DNA of 64,000 nt, from NCBI GenBank assembly GCA_030141605.1, contig JAQGDQ010000340.1, positions 191,492 to 255,491 of the forward strand. The letters are read 5' to 3'. Of the stretch, positions 26,418 through 50,142 are shown piece by piece (the stretch's first letter is position 1; every line of letters starts with the position of its first letter). Both the position numbers and the translations under genes were made by a program. The DNA is from Tubiluchus corallicola (Eukaryota; Animalia; Priapulida). Under the pieces are notes generated by a model that saw nothing but the letters and a program-made list of their open reading frames with translations, was not told the origin of the DNA and searched no databases.

Positions 26418-28620
26418 TTAATCATCAGCATTATCAACACGATTTGATCTCTTTCTGCAACAGCATAAAAATCTACTTAAAAACCCTCTAGTAGGTCTAA
26501 CACTCTCAGCTCTAGAAGCAATATCTTCCTGGACTGAACGCACATGCCCAGAAACATGTGTCTCAGTAGATGACATTCTTCGAAAGTATATTCTGTCTTG
26601 TCCAAAGTCACCACTTCCTCGAAGTTCACTGCTTCTGCGATGAACAACTCCTCTCCCTTGGTTGTCGGTTTGAGACATATTCTTACACCGTACTGTTCAC
26701 TCGACTGTATACGCCTGGAGCTGATGCGTTTTTTGTAAAACATTTTCAACTACTGTAAGGTCAGTGAAGCACATACAGTACACTTCGTGTTCGAAACTAT
26801 TGCTGTCCTTGCTACATAGTCTCGTCATGTTAACGTACTTTCCACGTTTTTATTATAATCCACTTTGCACGTAACACTTTCTTTTCTCTTAAACGTTTTA
26901 ATCTGTCTAATGGCGAAATATGTAACAGTAATATTTCTTGAAGCATATAGTTGAACAAGCAGTCACTGTTGTGCTTTGCAACCACAAGCCTAATTTGAAA
27001 AACTCCACATATGAAAAAATTCAGTAACCCGTTTATACAGTAATGTATGTGAGTATATTTATACAGTCCGTGACTCTTTCAGTTTCCTTGCAATGCATTG
27101 GATTTCCTTCCAATAAATGTTAACATTTCATGTTTCAATAAGTGTTGCTTTCGAGTGTTCTCCAAACGAATTTTCTACCCCAAATGAATCTTTTTCAATG
27201 TTCTTTTTTCCTTGTCTACCTTTTGTTACTATATCTTCTACTTGTCAGTCCACAGTTTTACTGATATGATAAACAAGAGTCTCAAAATCCTGCGAAAATG
27301 CTAAAAGCGTTCTACCTTTAGAAGGAATTAACAGAAACGTTCCCAAAAATGAATTAGTCGGTAATTATAATTGACAATGTTTTGATAATGTTTTAGTTGA
27401 TTTCTTTGTTCTACAATTGTTCTTTTTGTCAATTTACGCAAAGTGTTACCTAAATGTTGTTCCGAACGAAACTATTACAATAAAAAGAACGTTTTAGGAG
27501 GAAATTTTCGAAAAGTTTACAGCCGTTTGTTTCAACCGAAAACTGGGAGGAATAGATCTTTTGATTGCTCATCTGCAGATAACTCTGTAAGGCGGTTTAT
27601 TTCGCGGTGTTGTACTCTTTGTTCTTGTAATACAAAACCTCGCCATTTTGCAATGTGAGGCTTACTAAATTTTTGCAAATTTTGGATTCCTTGGCAACTG
27701 TAAACGCGTATAGATCTGCTGCTTATTACCGCCATTTCGGCAGCAGTAGACAAAGACAGGGTAGAAAGTTCGAGAATAGTAACCGTCATTTCAGGTGCAG
27801 CGCCAGTGTGTTGATTCGATTGTGTTAATTTGACTTTATCCTCATATGATACTCTCGTGTAATTGAATATTATTGTAGCAAAACTTTGTTACTGTATTTG
27901 TATAATTTCAATAATTCGTTTTCATAATTTTTGTGTTAGCATATCCAAGATCCTTGGAATAGCATATCTGATGTTAGGATCCTATTTCATATGGCAACTT
28001 GATACCTCTTAATTTTTATTAGTGTAACAATTTTGTGACAACTTGATGCTTCTTGATTTTTATTAGTGTAACAATTTTGTAACAACTTGATGCTTATTAA
28101 ATTTTATTAGCGTAACAATTTTGTGACAACTTGATGCTTCGTGATTTTTAATAGTGTAACAATTTTGTGACAACTTGATGCTTCTTGATTCTTATTGGTT
28201 TAACAATTTTGTGCCTTCTTGGTACTTCTTAATTCTTATTAATTTAGCAATTTTAAAATGTGGAATTGAATTGTTCTACAGTTGGTATTTGTTTTCGGTA
28301 TTTTGCAGTTCCTGTTTACATTGCAGATACTTGACACGTGGTACCTTTTGTATCTTATATTACTACACGTTTACATTCTACGCTGGGCATCCTAGGTCTG
28401 TAACATGCACAATGGACATGATGGACAAGTGATTGACATGATTGACAGGTGATTGCGCCAGTGTATTGATTCGATTTTGTCCCTTTTTACAACTCGTCAC
28501 TGTAGCTAATTTTGTGTTACGCATTTGGCGCTCCATAGTTTCGTCCATTTTGTCCAGCTTTTGAATTTAGTAAATTGCAATTTTTGTGATATTTTAATCA
28601 GTTTTACGTATTGTAGCAGA
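26418..28620 (-). pseudogene. Possible decayed coding region with IQ-like remnants
   Basis: Interrupted minus-strand reading frames with fragments such as KIQKVPRVKY, HIAKWRGFVL and AKWIIIKTW/KY, ending in ORF 26418-26678 (FLCCCRKR). Many stops and frameshifts. Confidence 0.25.
27995..28215. repeat. 44-bp tandem repeat, about 5 copies
   Basis: agtgtaacaattttgtgacaacttgatgcttcttgatttttatt at 28021, 28065 and onward. Confidence 0.85.
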
Positions 28621-28997
28621 AAGCAAGAACTATGTAGAATGTTCGCTCAGTATTGATCGTCAGGGGGCGGATTTAGTAGTGTTTGTCATTTCACGCACTT
28701 TCAACATGTAGCATTTAAATGGTTTTGTTGTTGCTGTTGTTTTATGGCATGGTGTGGGTGGTGTGAAGTGGATTGTGTGAGATGTTTTTTTTAAATATTG
28801 TGACGTCACAATAAAGCACGATTGCAGAAGCATTGCTGAATGAGTTAAAAGAAGGGCATCATCTGAAACATAGCATTACTAAAATTTGTACATTTTACAA
28901 ATACGTGCAAATCCCTAGTAACCCAATACTCAATACTTCGCATTTAGGCATTAGTTTGCTTATGCAATGTACTCAATACTTCGCATTTAGTCATTAA

Positions 28998-29265
28998 TCA
29001 ACAACACTAACAGCAATGACAACAGCCACAGCAGCAGCAATAGCAACATAATTAGCAGCAGCAACAACAGTAACAGCGACAGCCGCAACAACAACATCAA
29101 TAGAAGTAGCAGCCGCAACAACACTAACAGCAATGACAACAGCCACAAAAGCAGCATCAGCAGCAATAGCAACATCAGTAGCAGCAGCAATAACAGCAAC
29201 AGCTGTGGCAGCAGCAGCGACAGTAACAGCGACGTCCGCAACAACAACAACAGCAGCAGAAGCAG
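28998..29265. repeat. Imperfect (CAG/CAA)n repeat with an internal duplication
   Basis: Directly visible. Confidence 0.85.
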
Positions 29266-30264
29266 CTAGTGGAAACACAGACTAAAGTTGCAGTCTGAGA
29301 GTCAAAACATTGTAACCTTGTGGTAGGCTTTGCACAGGGAAGCTCCGCCCACATGTGTAACTCAAATTCAAAGAGTTAATAACTACAGTTGTTCCTTTTA
29401 TAAAACAGCAGTAGTACAGCTTTCAGCGAAACTTGAACTCATTTAAAGAAAAACAGAATGATCTTTCATATCCTATCCCGTTTTGAATTACGACAAATAG
29501 CAGACATTTTAACACGTATAATAATGCTAAAGTGTTTCTGATAATTAAAATGGGTTTAAAACGTAATTAACAGTGGGTGATGACATCACAACCTTGCACG
29601 ACCTTTCGAACGTGTGCTCTACGTCACAACCGAACAACTATCAACTGAGAGGTACAGCACCAATTTTTGTGCAACGGGTTTTCGAAATTCCGGCGCTAAT
29701 GCCCGTCTAACTATTTAAACGTATTTAACACGTGGCTGTACGAACGTGAAATGGTTTCTGTGGTAATAATTCTTTCATGTAAGTCATTGTTGAAAAAAAT
29801 GTACGCTAATTTTCAATAGTTTGTAGAGTAGGTTGTTTTGAGATATAGTTTCAGATTAGGTGAGATTTTCTTCATTTTTCAGAACGCTCTGTTTTAACCC
29901 TAACTGCCTGGAAATCATATTTCTTCTGCGCCACTGGCAATTTTCAAACGCACTGGTTCGAAACCGAATGCTACAAACTTGCGAAATAAATTGAAGTTTC
30001 GCGACAAGAAACGATTTTGCAATCCTGATTCTCTGTTTCAACTAAATGTGTCCATTCTTGCTGCTTAAAAATTTATTAAACTGGAAATGTGAGGGTGTTT
30101 CGATGAGTAATTTCGATTAAGCAGGAAAGTTCACACAGTTTTAGCCGAGTTACTGCAACCTAAGATTTCCAGCATTGCGTAACTTGCACAGAAGTTGACA
30201 AGACACTTACGCCCATCACGCCAGTTACCCAGAACAAAATTCTCAACTAATATATCATGTAAGG

Positions 30265-30600
30265 TATGACCATCGCACAAATATAATTTACTTGTCTGTT
30301 AAAACTCTTAATGTGAAAGAAATATATGACATGTATCGTCTTCATTTCATGTATCAGTATCATAATTCACTACTTCCACCAGCTTTTCAGTCATACTTTA
30401 GTCCAGTTTCAAATCAACATGATCATTACACAAGATATTCAGTCGAATACTATGTACTCCCTCTTCCAAAAACAAATATAACGAAACAGTCATCAATATA
30501 TAATGCTATTAAAATATGGTCATCAATTCCGCGTGAAATGAAAACTCTTAATCTTTATCAATTTAAAAAAGCATCAAAAAATTACTTACTACAACGGTAG
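30265..30600 (+). mobile_element. 5'-truncated non-LTR retrotransposon fragment (CR1/L2/Crack-like ORF2 C-terminus)
   Basis: LNVKEIY...FMYQY...LPPAFQSYF...HDHYTR...PKTNITKQSSIYNAIKIWSSIPREMK...FKKASKNYLL matches the typical HxYxTR...WNxLP...FK tail of these LINEs. Confidence 0.8.
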
Positions 30601-30933
30601 AATCAACTCCCAATTTTACTCATCCTGATCTTAAGTTACTAACAAAACTTATTTTGTTCTAATGTACGTTATAACTGATGAAAATACTACGTAATGTTAA
30701 TTGTCAATTGTTTCACTTATCTATAGGAGGACTCCAAAGCTCAATGCTCCTTCTTCCTCGTCACAGTAACTCGCATAGTTTATTTACTTTTTTTCAATAT
30801 AATATCACTTTGTATATATGTTTGTGCTGCTGTGGAATAAATTCATGATTCAACAGTGACGACGCGCAGCTAAATGACCGGAGAACAAATTCCTTGTGGT
30901 ATTCGTCTGGAAAATGGAGCACATTGTTTTCTA

Positions 30934-31438
30934 TGGCGCATTTTACGGTGAGCACGCGCGACAGAATCTCTCGTGAGGAATTCTGCTGCCAGCTAGACGT
31001 TATGCGTCCTCCTCGTGAGGAATTTTCGGCCACATGGTAGAAATACGTGTTCCATTTTCGTGAGGAATCTTCGCGAAATTCAGTCTTTAATTTAACTACT
31101 CAATTACTTCTTTGTTATTTAACGAACAACAGGTAACATATTTCAACACAGAATTTTACAAAAAAAACATTCTGCTCTCACATGACCATGACAAACATTA
31201 TTAATTTTACTTTGTATATGATAAACACGGCAAGTATAAGTTAATATAGACATGGTTTTACGATATAAAACTAGCAAAGTAGCTGCAGCTAATTCGACGC
31301 GCAGAAAAAACCGAGCGATTCCACTGTGAAATGAACCTTCTTGCTGCACGAAATTTCAAAAAAAAAAAATTCGGATTTTCTGTCAGATTCGGATTCCGCG
31401 CGTCATTTTTTCCTGCGTCCTCACTGTGAAATGGGCCT
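30934..31438. mobile_element. Degenerate or nested Harbinger-like MITE
   Basis: Left ggcgcattttacggtgagcacgc versus the right end reverse complement ggcccatttcacagtgaggacgc. It overlaps another short inverted repeat (about 30905-31062). Confidence 0.4.
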
Positions 31439-32102
31439 TAGTGGCTGCCACGCTCTAATCTTTTCATCCTCGTACAGGATGCTCCAAAAGAAACAACAGG
31501 GCTCTAAAAAGTTCTATCAGCATGCTAATATTACGTGATACAACGGTGCCTTTTTAAGAGATTATAACGGGGGGGATTTTATCCGAAGACACAGCAAGCA
31601 GTTGGGTGGTGAAAGGTGTGTAAGCTCGTCCAACAGAGGTCCGCCGACAGATGTCACTGCATTTGAGAACATTTTGAAGCATCTAAAAGATCTAAACGCA
31701 CTTTAAGGCAGCTTTTTGTGTTCTGGAACAACTAAGTTTGGCTTAAGCAAATTTTTACCATGTTTTTTTAGATCTTGAATCACTACTTAAAACAATTTTT
31801 ATCATTTAATTCAATTCGCATTTCTTGCTACTTAACAATATAATTTCGAAATTTGTTGTCTAATGGTAAAATATTCTTATACCACGCCAATGTTAATATT
31901 AATAATTACTGTGATTTACCTGAAAGTAAAAACATTGAAAAATAAACACAGACATTGGGTGGGTAAGGGGGACCTGCAGGGGGTATGAGGGGTTGCAGGG
32001 GCGGACCTGTATACATGTCCTAGAGGGCGATCAAGCACTTAAAATAAAGTTGTACAGCCTGTCATTGATTAAGGTAGGACTAAGACAAGGCAAGATAAGA
32101 GA

Positions 32103-32257
32103 AAGTTAAATATTCGGGTAGATTTTTCTCTCTCCAATATAAACGTCGTATTTACCGTAAGAACGTATTTCCGAGTCTTTCTCAGTTCTCACGGTAAATA
32201 CGACGTTTATTTTGGACGTGAAACAAACAAAGAGAAATTTACACGAATATTTAACTT
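32103..32257. mobile_element. Short hairpin MITE-like palindrome
   Basis: aagttaaatattcg...ataaacgtcgtatttaccgt paired with acggtaaatacgacgtttat...cgaatatttaactt. Confidence 0.7.
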
Positions 32258-32339
32258 CAGAGGTAACTAATTAGAAGTAAAAAAATCTTTATATATATAA
32301 TATATCATACTATAATACATAATATATATAATATAAAGT

Positions 32340-32535
32340 AATATAATTTAATATAATATAATGTGATATAATATAATATAATATAATGTAATGTAATGTA
32401 ATGTAATGTAATGTAATGTAATGTAATGTAATGTAATGTAGTGTAGTGTAGTGTAGTGTAGTGTAGTGTAGTGTAGTGTAGTGTAGTGTAGTGTAGTGTA
32501 GTGTAGTGTAGTGTAGTGTAGTGTAATGTAATGTG
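32340..32535. repeat. (TAATG)n/(TAGTG)n pentanucleotide microsatellite
   Basis: Directly visible. Confidence 0.95.
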
Positions 32536-32577
32536 AGTGATACATATATATATATATGTATGTATGTATGTATATAT

Positions 32578-32784
32578 TTGTACCAAAAGTACGAATAAAA
32601 TTATATATGTATATGTAATGTAATGTAATGTGATACATATATATATATATATACATATATATATTATATATATATATATTAATAATACTAATACTAATAC
32701 ATACTAATACATAATATTATGTACATACATACATAATACTAATACATAATACTAATGTAATGTAATGTAATGTGATACATATAC

Positions 32785-32837
<53 letters not shown>

Positions 32838-32901
32838 GTATGACATTACATTACATTACATTACATATACATATATCATTTTATTCGTACTTTTGGTACA
32901 A
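32578..32901. repeat. Foldback inverted repeat with microsatellite-containing arms
   Basis: ttgtaccaaaagtacgaataaaat...(gtaat)n paired with (attac)n...attttattcgtacttttggtacaa. Confidence 0.8.
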
Positions 32902-33476
32902 TCACGTCAAATAAACAAACAGATCAACAAGCAAAATCACATTAATTAACAAGATTAGTAAGCAATGTGAATATATACAATTACATGATAGTAAGATACA
33001 TTAATACGGCGTACAACTCATTCCTGTGAAACATCAAAACAATTACGATCTAGAGCCCATATAACTTCTTTAATGAAATTTACAGTCCGTATTTGTTCAT
33101 CGCTAGCATTACTTCTTACATCTAATGTACAAGAAAAAACTTTAGAAAGAAAATTTTAATTTGTGTAAAAAGTTTTGTACTCGTTAAAAATAGATAACAA
33201 ATTATAACCCATTATAGAAGAGGCATGAAATCGAGAATTATGTGCAAAGAAAATGTGATTTTCACTATATAAGCAACTATGGTAAAATTTAACAAATCAT
33301 TTTTGTAGTTTCTTAAGTGAGTGAACAATATCACATATAAAAGGAAGCCAGTGTCTGTGTGATTTAAATAGCAAATTCCAGAGTTTAGTATAAAGATTGG
33401 TTTATCAAGTAGGCATAGTTTATTATCTTCAGGGGTGGCGTTAGTTCTTTGGCTTGTGTTAAATTTTAACGTTCGG

Positions 33477-34192
33477 GCCCTGCTAATTAGCGTCAAGTAG
33501 CATTGGTGAGTTTAAAAGCGTCACATTGTATCAAGGAGCGTCAAGGATAAGCGTCCAGAGCGTCAAGAAGCATCAAGGCTAAGTTTTAAGCAAAGACAAT
33601 GACGAAAAGGCATCAAAGCATTAGCATTTACTGCATAATTCTCTCAGAAATAATAGGACACAAACTCTTCATGTTATTAAGCTTTTTGCTGCTTCTTTAC
33701 GGAGGAGCAGCAAATGCACTTTATAGATCACTGTACGCGTTAAATTATAGTAATATTGCAAATTTATTTGATGGAGATTAATATCAATTGGAAATTTCAT
33801 TTACGGCTGTATGCATAGATTTGTGAATTAAATAGTGTAGCTTTGTTAGCGGACACATAACCGCATCATTGTCATTATCATATAGGTAAAATATTTGTTT
33901 ATCACATGTGTACAAATGCTTAGTAAATAGTTTTTTTCGCTTCATGGAGTTTACAACTAAATTTTGTATATCTGTGTATATCCCTTGTGCAGCTATGTTG
34001 AGTCAAATTGTTAGTATAATCTGGAAATCATTACCCGAGCTCTGCCCGCTGATAAAACCATCGGGTATGCGTCGAGTTTGTAATTCTCATGTTGGAAATT
34101 TGATTTTCAGAAATAAAATATCTATCTATCTACCTACGTTTCCTTGATCCTGCTTGACGTCTTTGACGCTGCTTGACGCTAATTAGTAGAAC
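33477..34192. mobile_element. Element bounded by inverted repeats (ctaattagcgtcaag)
   Basis: ctgctaattagcgtcaag at about 33480 and cttgacgctaattagtag at about 34172-34189, with subterminal gcgtcaag repeats at both ends. Confidence 0.45.
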
Positions 34193-34734
34193 TTTTGCCG
34201 TCAAAGCCGACTATAAAAACTATTAATTACTATAATTTCCGAAAAATAAGTTTACTTACCTGTGAAAATAATGGTAAGAACACGACGAGTCAAAGTATCT
34301 AATCTAGATTATTTTCTCACAAATAGTTTAAAAAAGTTTCCAAAATGTTTCCTTGATTGACAATACGTGCAGGAATTCACAATGCGGTGTTGTGCTAATT
34401 AAGAAGCAATAAGTGTCTAATTTGCGTTTTCCCAAAAGGTTTGGAAGAATCGAAATTTCCCACCGACGCACTTACATCCCACAGCAAGCTATATGCGTGC
34501 TTACAGGTACGTATATGAACGTGGCTTCAAACGTGCGTGAACAGGTAAACTTTTGGCTTCCAAGCGGCACGACGCAACAATAAGCTCAGGGGAACTCTAA
34601 GATTGGCTTCAACTAATACAAGGTGTTATTTTGATGCATGAAGCCATGTCAGTGTTGACGAGTGTCTCAGTCTAGACATGACATGACAGGTTTTAAAGGC
34701 TTATGTTTACCAGCTACAATAAACAAACATGGAA

Positions 34735-35175
34735 ACAACAACAACATCAACAAACAACAACAACAATAATAGAAGTGGCAAGTGCAAAGGTATTGACAAC
34801 GACAATAACAAGAACAACATCATCGTCAACAACAACAACAACAATAGCAACACCAGCAGTAACAGCAACAACAACGACAACAATAACAGCATCATCATCG
34901 TCAACAACAACAACTACAACAACAATAACAAGGGAAACGATAAGCGTTTCTTAAACGACAATAACAATAGCAACAGAAACAGAAACACTTATATCCATGA
35001 AGACGACGACGACGACGACAACGATGACTACAACAACAACAAGGGAAATGATAAGCGTTACTTAAACGACAATAGCAATAGCAACAGAAACAGAAACACT
35101 TATATCCATGAAGACGACGACGACGACGACAACGATGACTACAACAACAACAACAACCACAGCAGCAACAGCAGC

Positions 35176-35205
<30 letters not shown>
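34735..35205. repeat. (AAC/GAC)n low-complexity tract with an internal duplication of about 111 bp
   Basis: aaggga..gataagcgtt.cttaaacgacaat...tatatccatgaagacgac occurs twice. Confidence 0.9.
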
Positions 35206-35206
<1 letters not shown>

Positions 35207-35730
35207 GAAATTACATCGTTTTCCACAATTACTTAATAGTCATACAATTCTGCAACGCTAAGTGTTAAAAAAACTCCCAAACTGCTTATCAGGAATAAAA
35301 ACTGTCTGTTTTCTAGTCGGGCTGGTGCACTCACTCGGACATTATTAGACAAGAATTTTGCATTTATACGTCCAAGAATCTGATGACAGATTCCGGCATT
35401 GCGTGCACCTGGTTTTGTCAGGTACAAATTACAGGCTTCAAGTCTTTACCCGACTGCGAGAGCGAGAAAATTTCATTGCAAAAAATCAATCTTTGATTTG
35501 CAGAATTGCTTTGAATTGCAGCAAAAGGGAAGATGTCTGTGAACAATGAGTGATTATGGATTGTAGGAGTTTGTGAACACAATACACCCCTAAAGCAAGC
35601 CAGACCATAGACGTGGCCTTGTAGGAGTATATGAACATTTGGGTATAACACACCGGCACTGTGGCGCAGCACTCTTAAAGCAGGCCAGGCCATAGACGTA
35701 GCCTTATTGTAGCCTTGTAAGAGTATATGA

Positions 35731-36935
35731 ACAGCCTCAGATTAACTTCAACGAAGTATCATGAAGGAATGAATTAAATTCATGCAATGAACGAGTCACA
35801 GCCTCAGAATAACTTTAATGAAGTATCATGAAGGAATGAATTAAATTCATGCAATGAACGAGTCACAGCCTCAGCTTAACTTTAATGAAGTATCATGCAG
35901 GAATGGATTAAATTCATGGAATGAGCGAGTCACAGCCTCAGCTTAACTTTAACGAAGTATCATGAAGGAATAGATTAAATTCATGGAACGAACGAGTCAC
36001 AGCCTCAGATTAACTTTAATGAAGTATCATGAAGGAATGGATTAAATTCATAGAATGAACGAGTCACAGCCTCAGAATAACTTTAATGAAGTATCATGAA
36101 GGAATGGATTAAATTCATAGAATGAACGAGTCACAGCCTCAGAATAACTTTAATGAAGTATCATGAAGGAATGGATTAAATTCATGGAATGAACGAGTCA
36201 CAGCCTCAGCTTAACTTTAATGAAGTATCATGAAGGAATGGATTAAATTCATGGAATGAACGAATCACAGCCTCAGCTTAACTTTAATGAAGTATCATGA
36301 AGGAATGGATTAAACTCATGGAATGAACGAGTCACAGCCTCAGAATAACTTTAATGAAGTATCATGAAGGAATGGATTAAATTCAAGGAACGAACGAGTC
36401 ACAGCCTCAGCTTAACTTTAATGAAGTATCATGAAGGAATGGATTAAACTCATGGAATGAACGAGTCACAGCCTTAGATTAACTTTAATGAAGTATCATG
36501 AAGGAATAGATTAAATTCATGGAACGAACGAGTCACAGCCTCAGATTAACTTTAATGAAGTATCATGAAGGAATGGATTAAATTCATGGAATGAACGAGT
36601 CACAGCCTCAGATTAACTTTAATGAAGTATCATGAAGGAATGGATTAAATTCATGGAATGAACGAGTCACAGCCTCAGCTTAACTTTAATGAAGTATCAT
36701 GAAGGAATGGATTAAATTCATGGAATGAACGAGTCACAGCCTCAGAATAACTTTAATGAAGTATCATGAAGGAATGGGTTAAATTCGTGGAACGAACGAG
36801 TCACAGCCTCAGCTTAACTTTAATGAAGTATCATGAAGGAATGAATTAAATTCATGGAATGAAGGAGTCACAGCCTTAGATTAACTTTAATCAAGTAACA
36901 TGAAGGAATGGGTTAAATTCACGGAACGAGTCACG
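35731..36935. repeat. 67-bp minisatellite, about 18 copies
   Basis: Unit acagcctcagattaactttaatgaagtatcatgaaggaatggattaaattcatggaatgaacgagtc, head-to-tail with no spacers. Confidence 0.97.
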
Positions 36936-37240
36936 GTCTCACATCAACTTTGACATTATCACCATAAACACCAATCACTATTCTTATGATACTTTCAACG
37001 CATGACCGCTGCAGCAGCCAATAATTGCCATGACGTCACGCAGTAGTAATAATCGAGATTATTATCCTAATTAATAACAAAGAAAGCATATCAACTAATA
37101 GCCCAATAATCTGCCATAAGTGATCCGAACGTTTATTGGTCACTAACGATTAATCCGAGTAATAATGTCGTTTTTATAGTACATTATGGCAATTTGCAGA
37201 ACAGTTTGGGTATAGATCAGGTTAATGAAGCCAAGTTTAA

Positions 37241-37720
37241 AGTACAAGAAAACACCTTCACGAATAAAGCTTAAAAATTTCCATCTTGAAGTTTTGTATC
37301 ACTCACATACTGTCTTATTGCATACAGAGCTTGTGTTAACAGCAACGTTGTATAAAATTTGTAATTTTAAACTCCCGCGATGACCGTTAGGTACAGCCAT
37401 TTTAACAGAAAGCCATTTGTTACAAGTTTAGATAACATTATTTGAGTTTTGAAAAAATAACCAGAGCATTCGTAGCGCACACTTCAATAACTAAGCAAAG
37501 GTTTAAATTTCCTTTACATTGCCAGTAAGATCAATAATGTGTTTTTGGTGAACCAGGAGTGCACACTGGGATACAGTGATGCAGTAGTGTCTTACCAATT
37601 GGTGCGAAAATTTTAAATTATTAAGAATTTTCTTTTCCAATTACATTAGTCTGTCAAACTGTTAAGTAATATAACTTTGTTTGGAAACTTTTATGGATAT
37701 ATTTTAAAATTCTATTTTCT
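37241..37720 (-). mobile_element. Partial Kolobok-like family A copy
   Basis: TTAA|AGTACAAGAAAAC terminus and internal ctcccgcgatgaccgttagg, as in 48816-49428. Confidence 0.7.
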
Positions 37721-37844
37721 TTCTGTTTTAAGTCGTTTTTACAAAAAAATAAACGTTTCTACTTCACACCATCAGTCACATTCGGGTCAATTTCCTCCTA
37801 ATCTGCACATTTCTCCTGCTTGGGAGCTCATGTAGGGTTCAAAA

Positions 37845-38340
37845 TAAACATCTGAATGTATATTCTAACGTTTGACCCACCCTGTAGATGTATATCCTGA
37901 CTTTTGACCCTCCTGTAGATGTATATCCAAACTTTTGAACCCCCTGTAGATGTATATCCTGACTTTTGACCCACCCTGTAGATGTATATCCTGACTTTTG
38001 ACCCACCATGTAGCTGTATATCAGAATTTTTGACCCCCCTGTAGATGCATACCCTGATTTTTTACCCCCCCCCCCCATAGATGCATATCCTGACTTTTGA
38101 CTCACCCTGTAGATGTATATCCTAACTTTTGAAACACCATGTAGATGTATATACGAACATTTGACCCCCCTGTTGATGTATATCCTGACTTTTGACCCAC
38201 CCTGTAGATGTATATCCTGACTTTTGACCCACCCCGTAGACATATATCTGAACTTTTCAGCCAACCTGTAGATGTATATCCGAACTTTTGATCCACCCTG
38301 TAGATGTATATCCGAACTTTTGACCCACCCTGTACATGTT
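37845..38340. repeat. 31-32-bp minisatellite (cctgtagatgtatatcctgacttttgacccac)n
   Basis: About 15 copies. Explains ORF 37839-38345. Confidence 0.95.
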
Positions 38341-39717
38341 TGCAAATCTTATGATCTAAGAGACAAATAGAAAAGCAGAAAACAAGAGTTCAATTTCTCA
38401 CCATCTATGTTTGTTGATAATGTTAATTTCAGTAATTGGACAATATAACATTTTTTATTCAAGACACATAACAGAAAATTGGTGTTTGACAGTGACAGCT
38501 GCTAAAACAACTAAATAACTCAAGTACACCGATGAAATGCTACTTAATCATACTTAAGTAACGCTTATGTAACAACACAACGATTAGGTAAAGTTCGACA
38601 AAATACTTAAAGGGACAGCACCTTACGACGCTTCATCTTCTTGCTAACAGATGTCACCATTTCAAGCAAAATACGCTGATGCCTGCACTGTTTAAATGTT
38701 GGTGCTGCCATCTGGCAAAATTACTAATGAATTAACCGACGTTACCGTATCTTTACAACGGAAGATTTTTGCATTAGGTAGAAATAACAAAACAGTTTAT
38801 AGAAACACGATTCACACCAGAATGGGGTACTCAAGTGACTCAGAAAGTCTCAAAATGAGTTATTAGAGTATAACTGAGTGAATAAGTAAGAGTTTAACTG
38901 CCTGTATTACTGTGAATAATTAACAATTCATCATTAGCTAAATTTAATACTAAATCATTAGCATTTAAAATGACCCTGTTTTCTCAAGATGTAGATTCCG
39001 ATAGAACCATGAAAAAGCACCGAATTTTGAGATTTTTATCATTTCGTGACATATAAATACAGATAAACATGGCGCGTATTCACTGCGCTGACAAAATGGC
39101 GTTAATTTTATTGGTATTCTGTACAATAAATAAACAGTTCTTTCTCATACGTTAATCTATTACGGTTAGACAATAAGTATTAACGGTCCACTTCCCAATT
39201 TGTTTGTACAACAATAAATGTCTAAAAATAAAAAAACAACAACAAGAAAGAGAAAGACTGCTCCGTCGTAAGATTAATGTCACATACATTGACTTATATG
39301 TGGGCGAACAACTTTCTTACATTATACAGAACAATACACAACAATAATATTGACTAAAAATGTTCGCTAGAAGCTGCTGTTGCAGTTAGTATACCGAACA
39401 TTTCAAACACTGACTTGAATAATGGCATGTGAACCATGCTGAAGGTTTTTATACTTGGCGTTCCAAACACTGACTTGAATAATGACGTGCGAACCATGCT
39501 TAATGTAAAAGCCTGCAGGCTGCACGAGTTTTGTCCTGTTGTTCACATTGACAGATTGTCTATAATGATGTGTGGACCAGGCTTAAGGTAAAAATCTACA
39601 AGACGGCACGGTTTCATCTTGCTGTTCACACTGGTGCATTGTTGTAACCTGCACTAAGATGCCGCCTGGTGTCACGTTGGTGGATTGTCGTAACTTGCGC
39701 TAAGACGCCGCCTGGTG

Positions 39718-49803
<10,086 letters not shown>

Positions 49804-50142
49804 TTATAAAATCCGGTTTTTTCCTTCGGACTTCTCATCTGTGGAATACTATACCAGAAGTATGTTTACTTGAAAATAACACCTCACTCAGTTCCTCGCA
49901 ACAAGCATTCATACCGTCACAATTTTGAGGTAGCCCTTAACATTGATTGGTCATTAGAATAATTTAATATAATCTGCATGAAAAAAGTGCTATGGCTTCT
50001 TTATATGGTACCAAAATAAAAAGCAAAATTTTACTTCTTAGAGAGAAGTGAAAATCTGTCATTGAAACAAAACATTCATTGTTAAGAGAGAAAAATCTCA
50101 ACTGTGTTTGGTTTAATGCTACACACAGTGATAATCGCCTAA

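Noticed and set aside
33000-34140. Possible degenerate LINE endonuclease remnant on the minus strand
   Set aside because: Only faint motif resemblance with many stops; not supportable without a translated search.
34729-35268. 179-aa Asn/Asp-rich ORF
   Set aside because: A low-complexity (AAC/GAC)n tract with no signal peptide, domain or convincing splice context.
35731-36935. Regular 67-bp repeats as a CRISPR array (also the 68-, 29- and 31-bp arrays)
   Set aside because: Units are head-to-tail with no unique spacers, there are no cas genes, and the DNA is eukaryotic.
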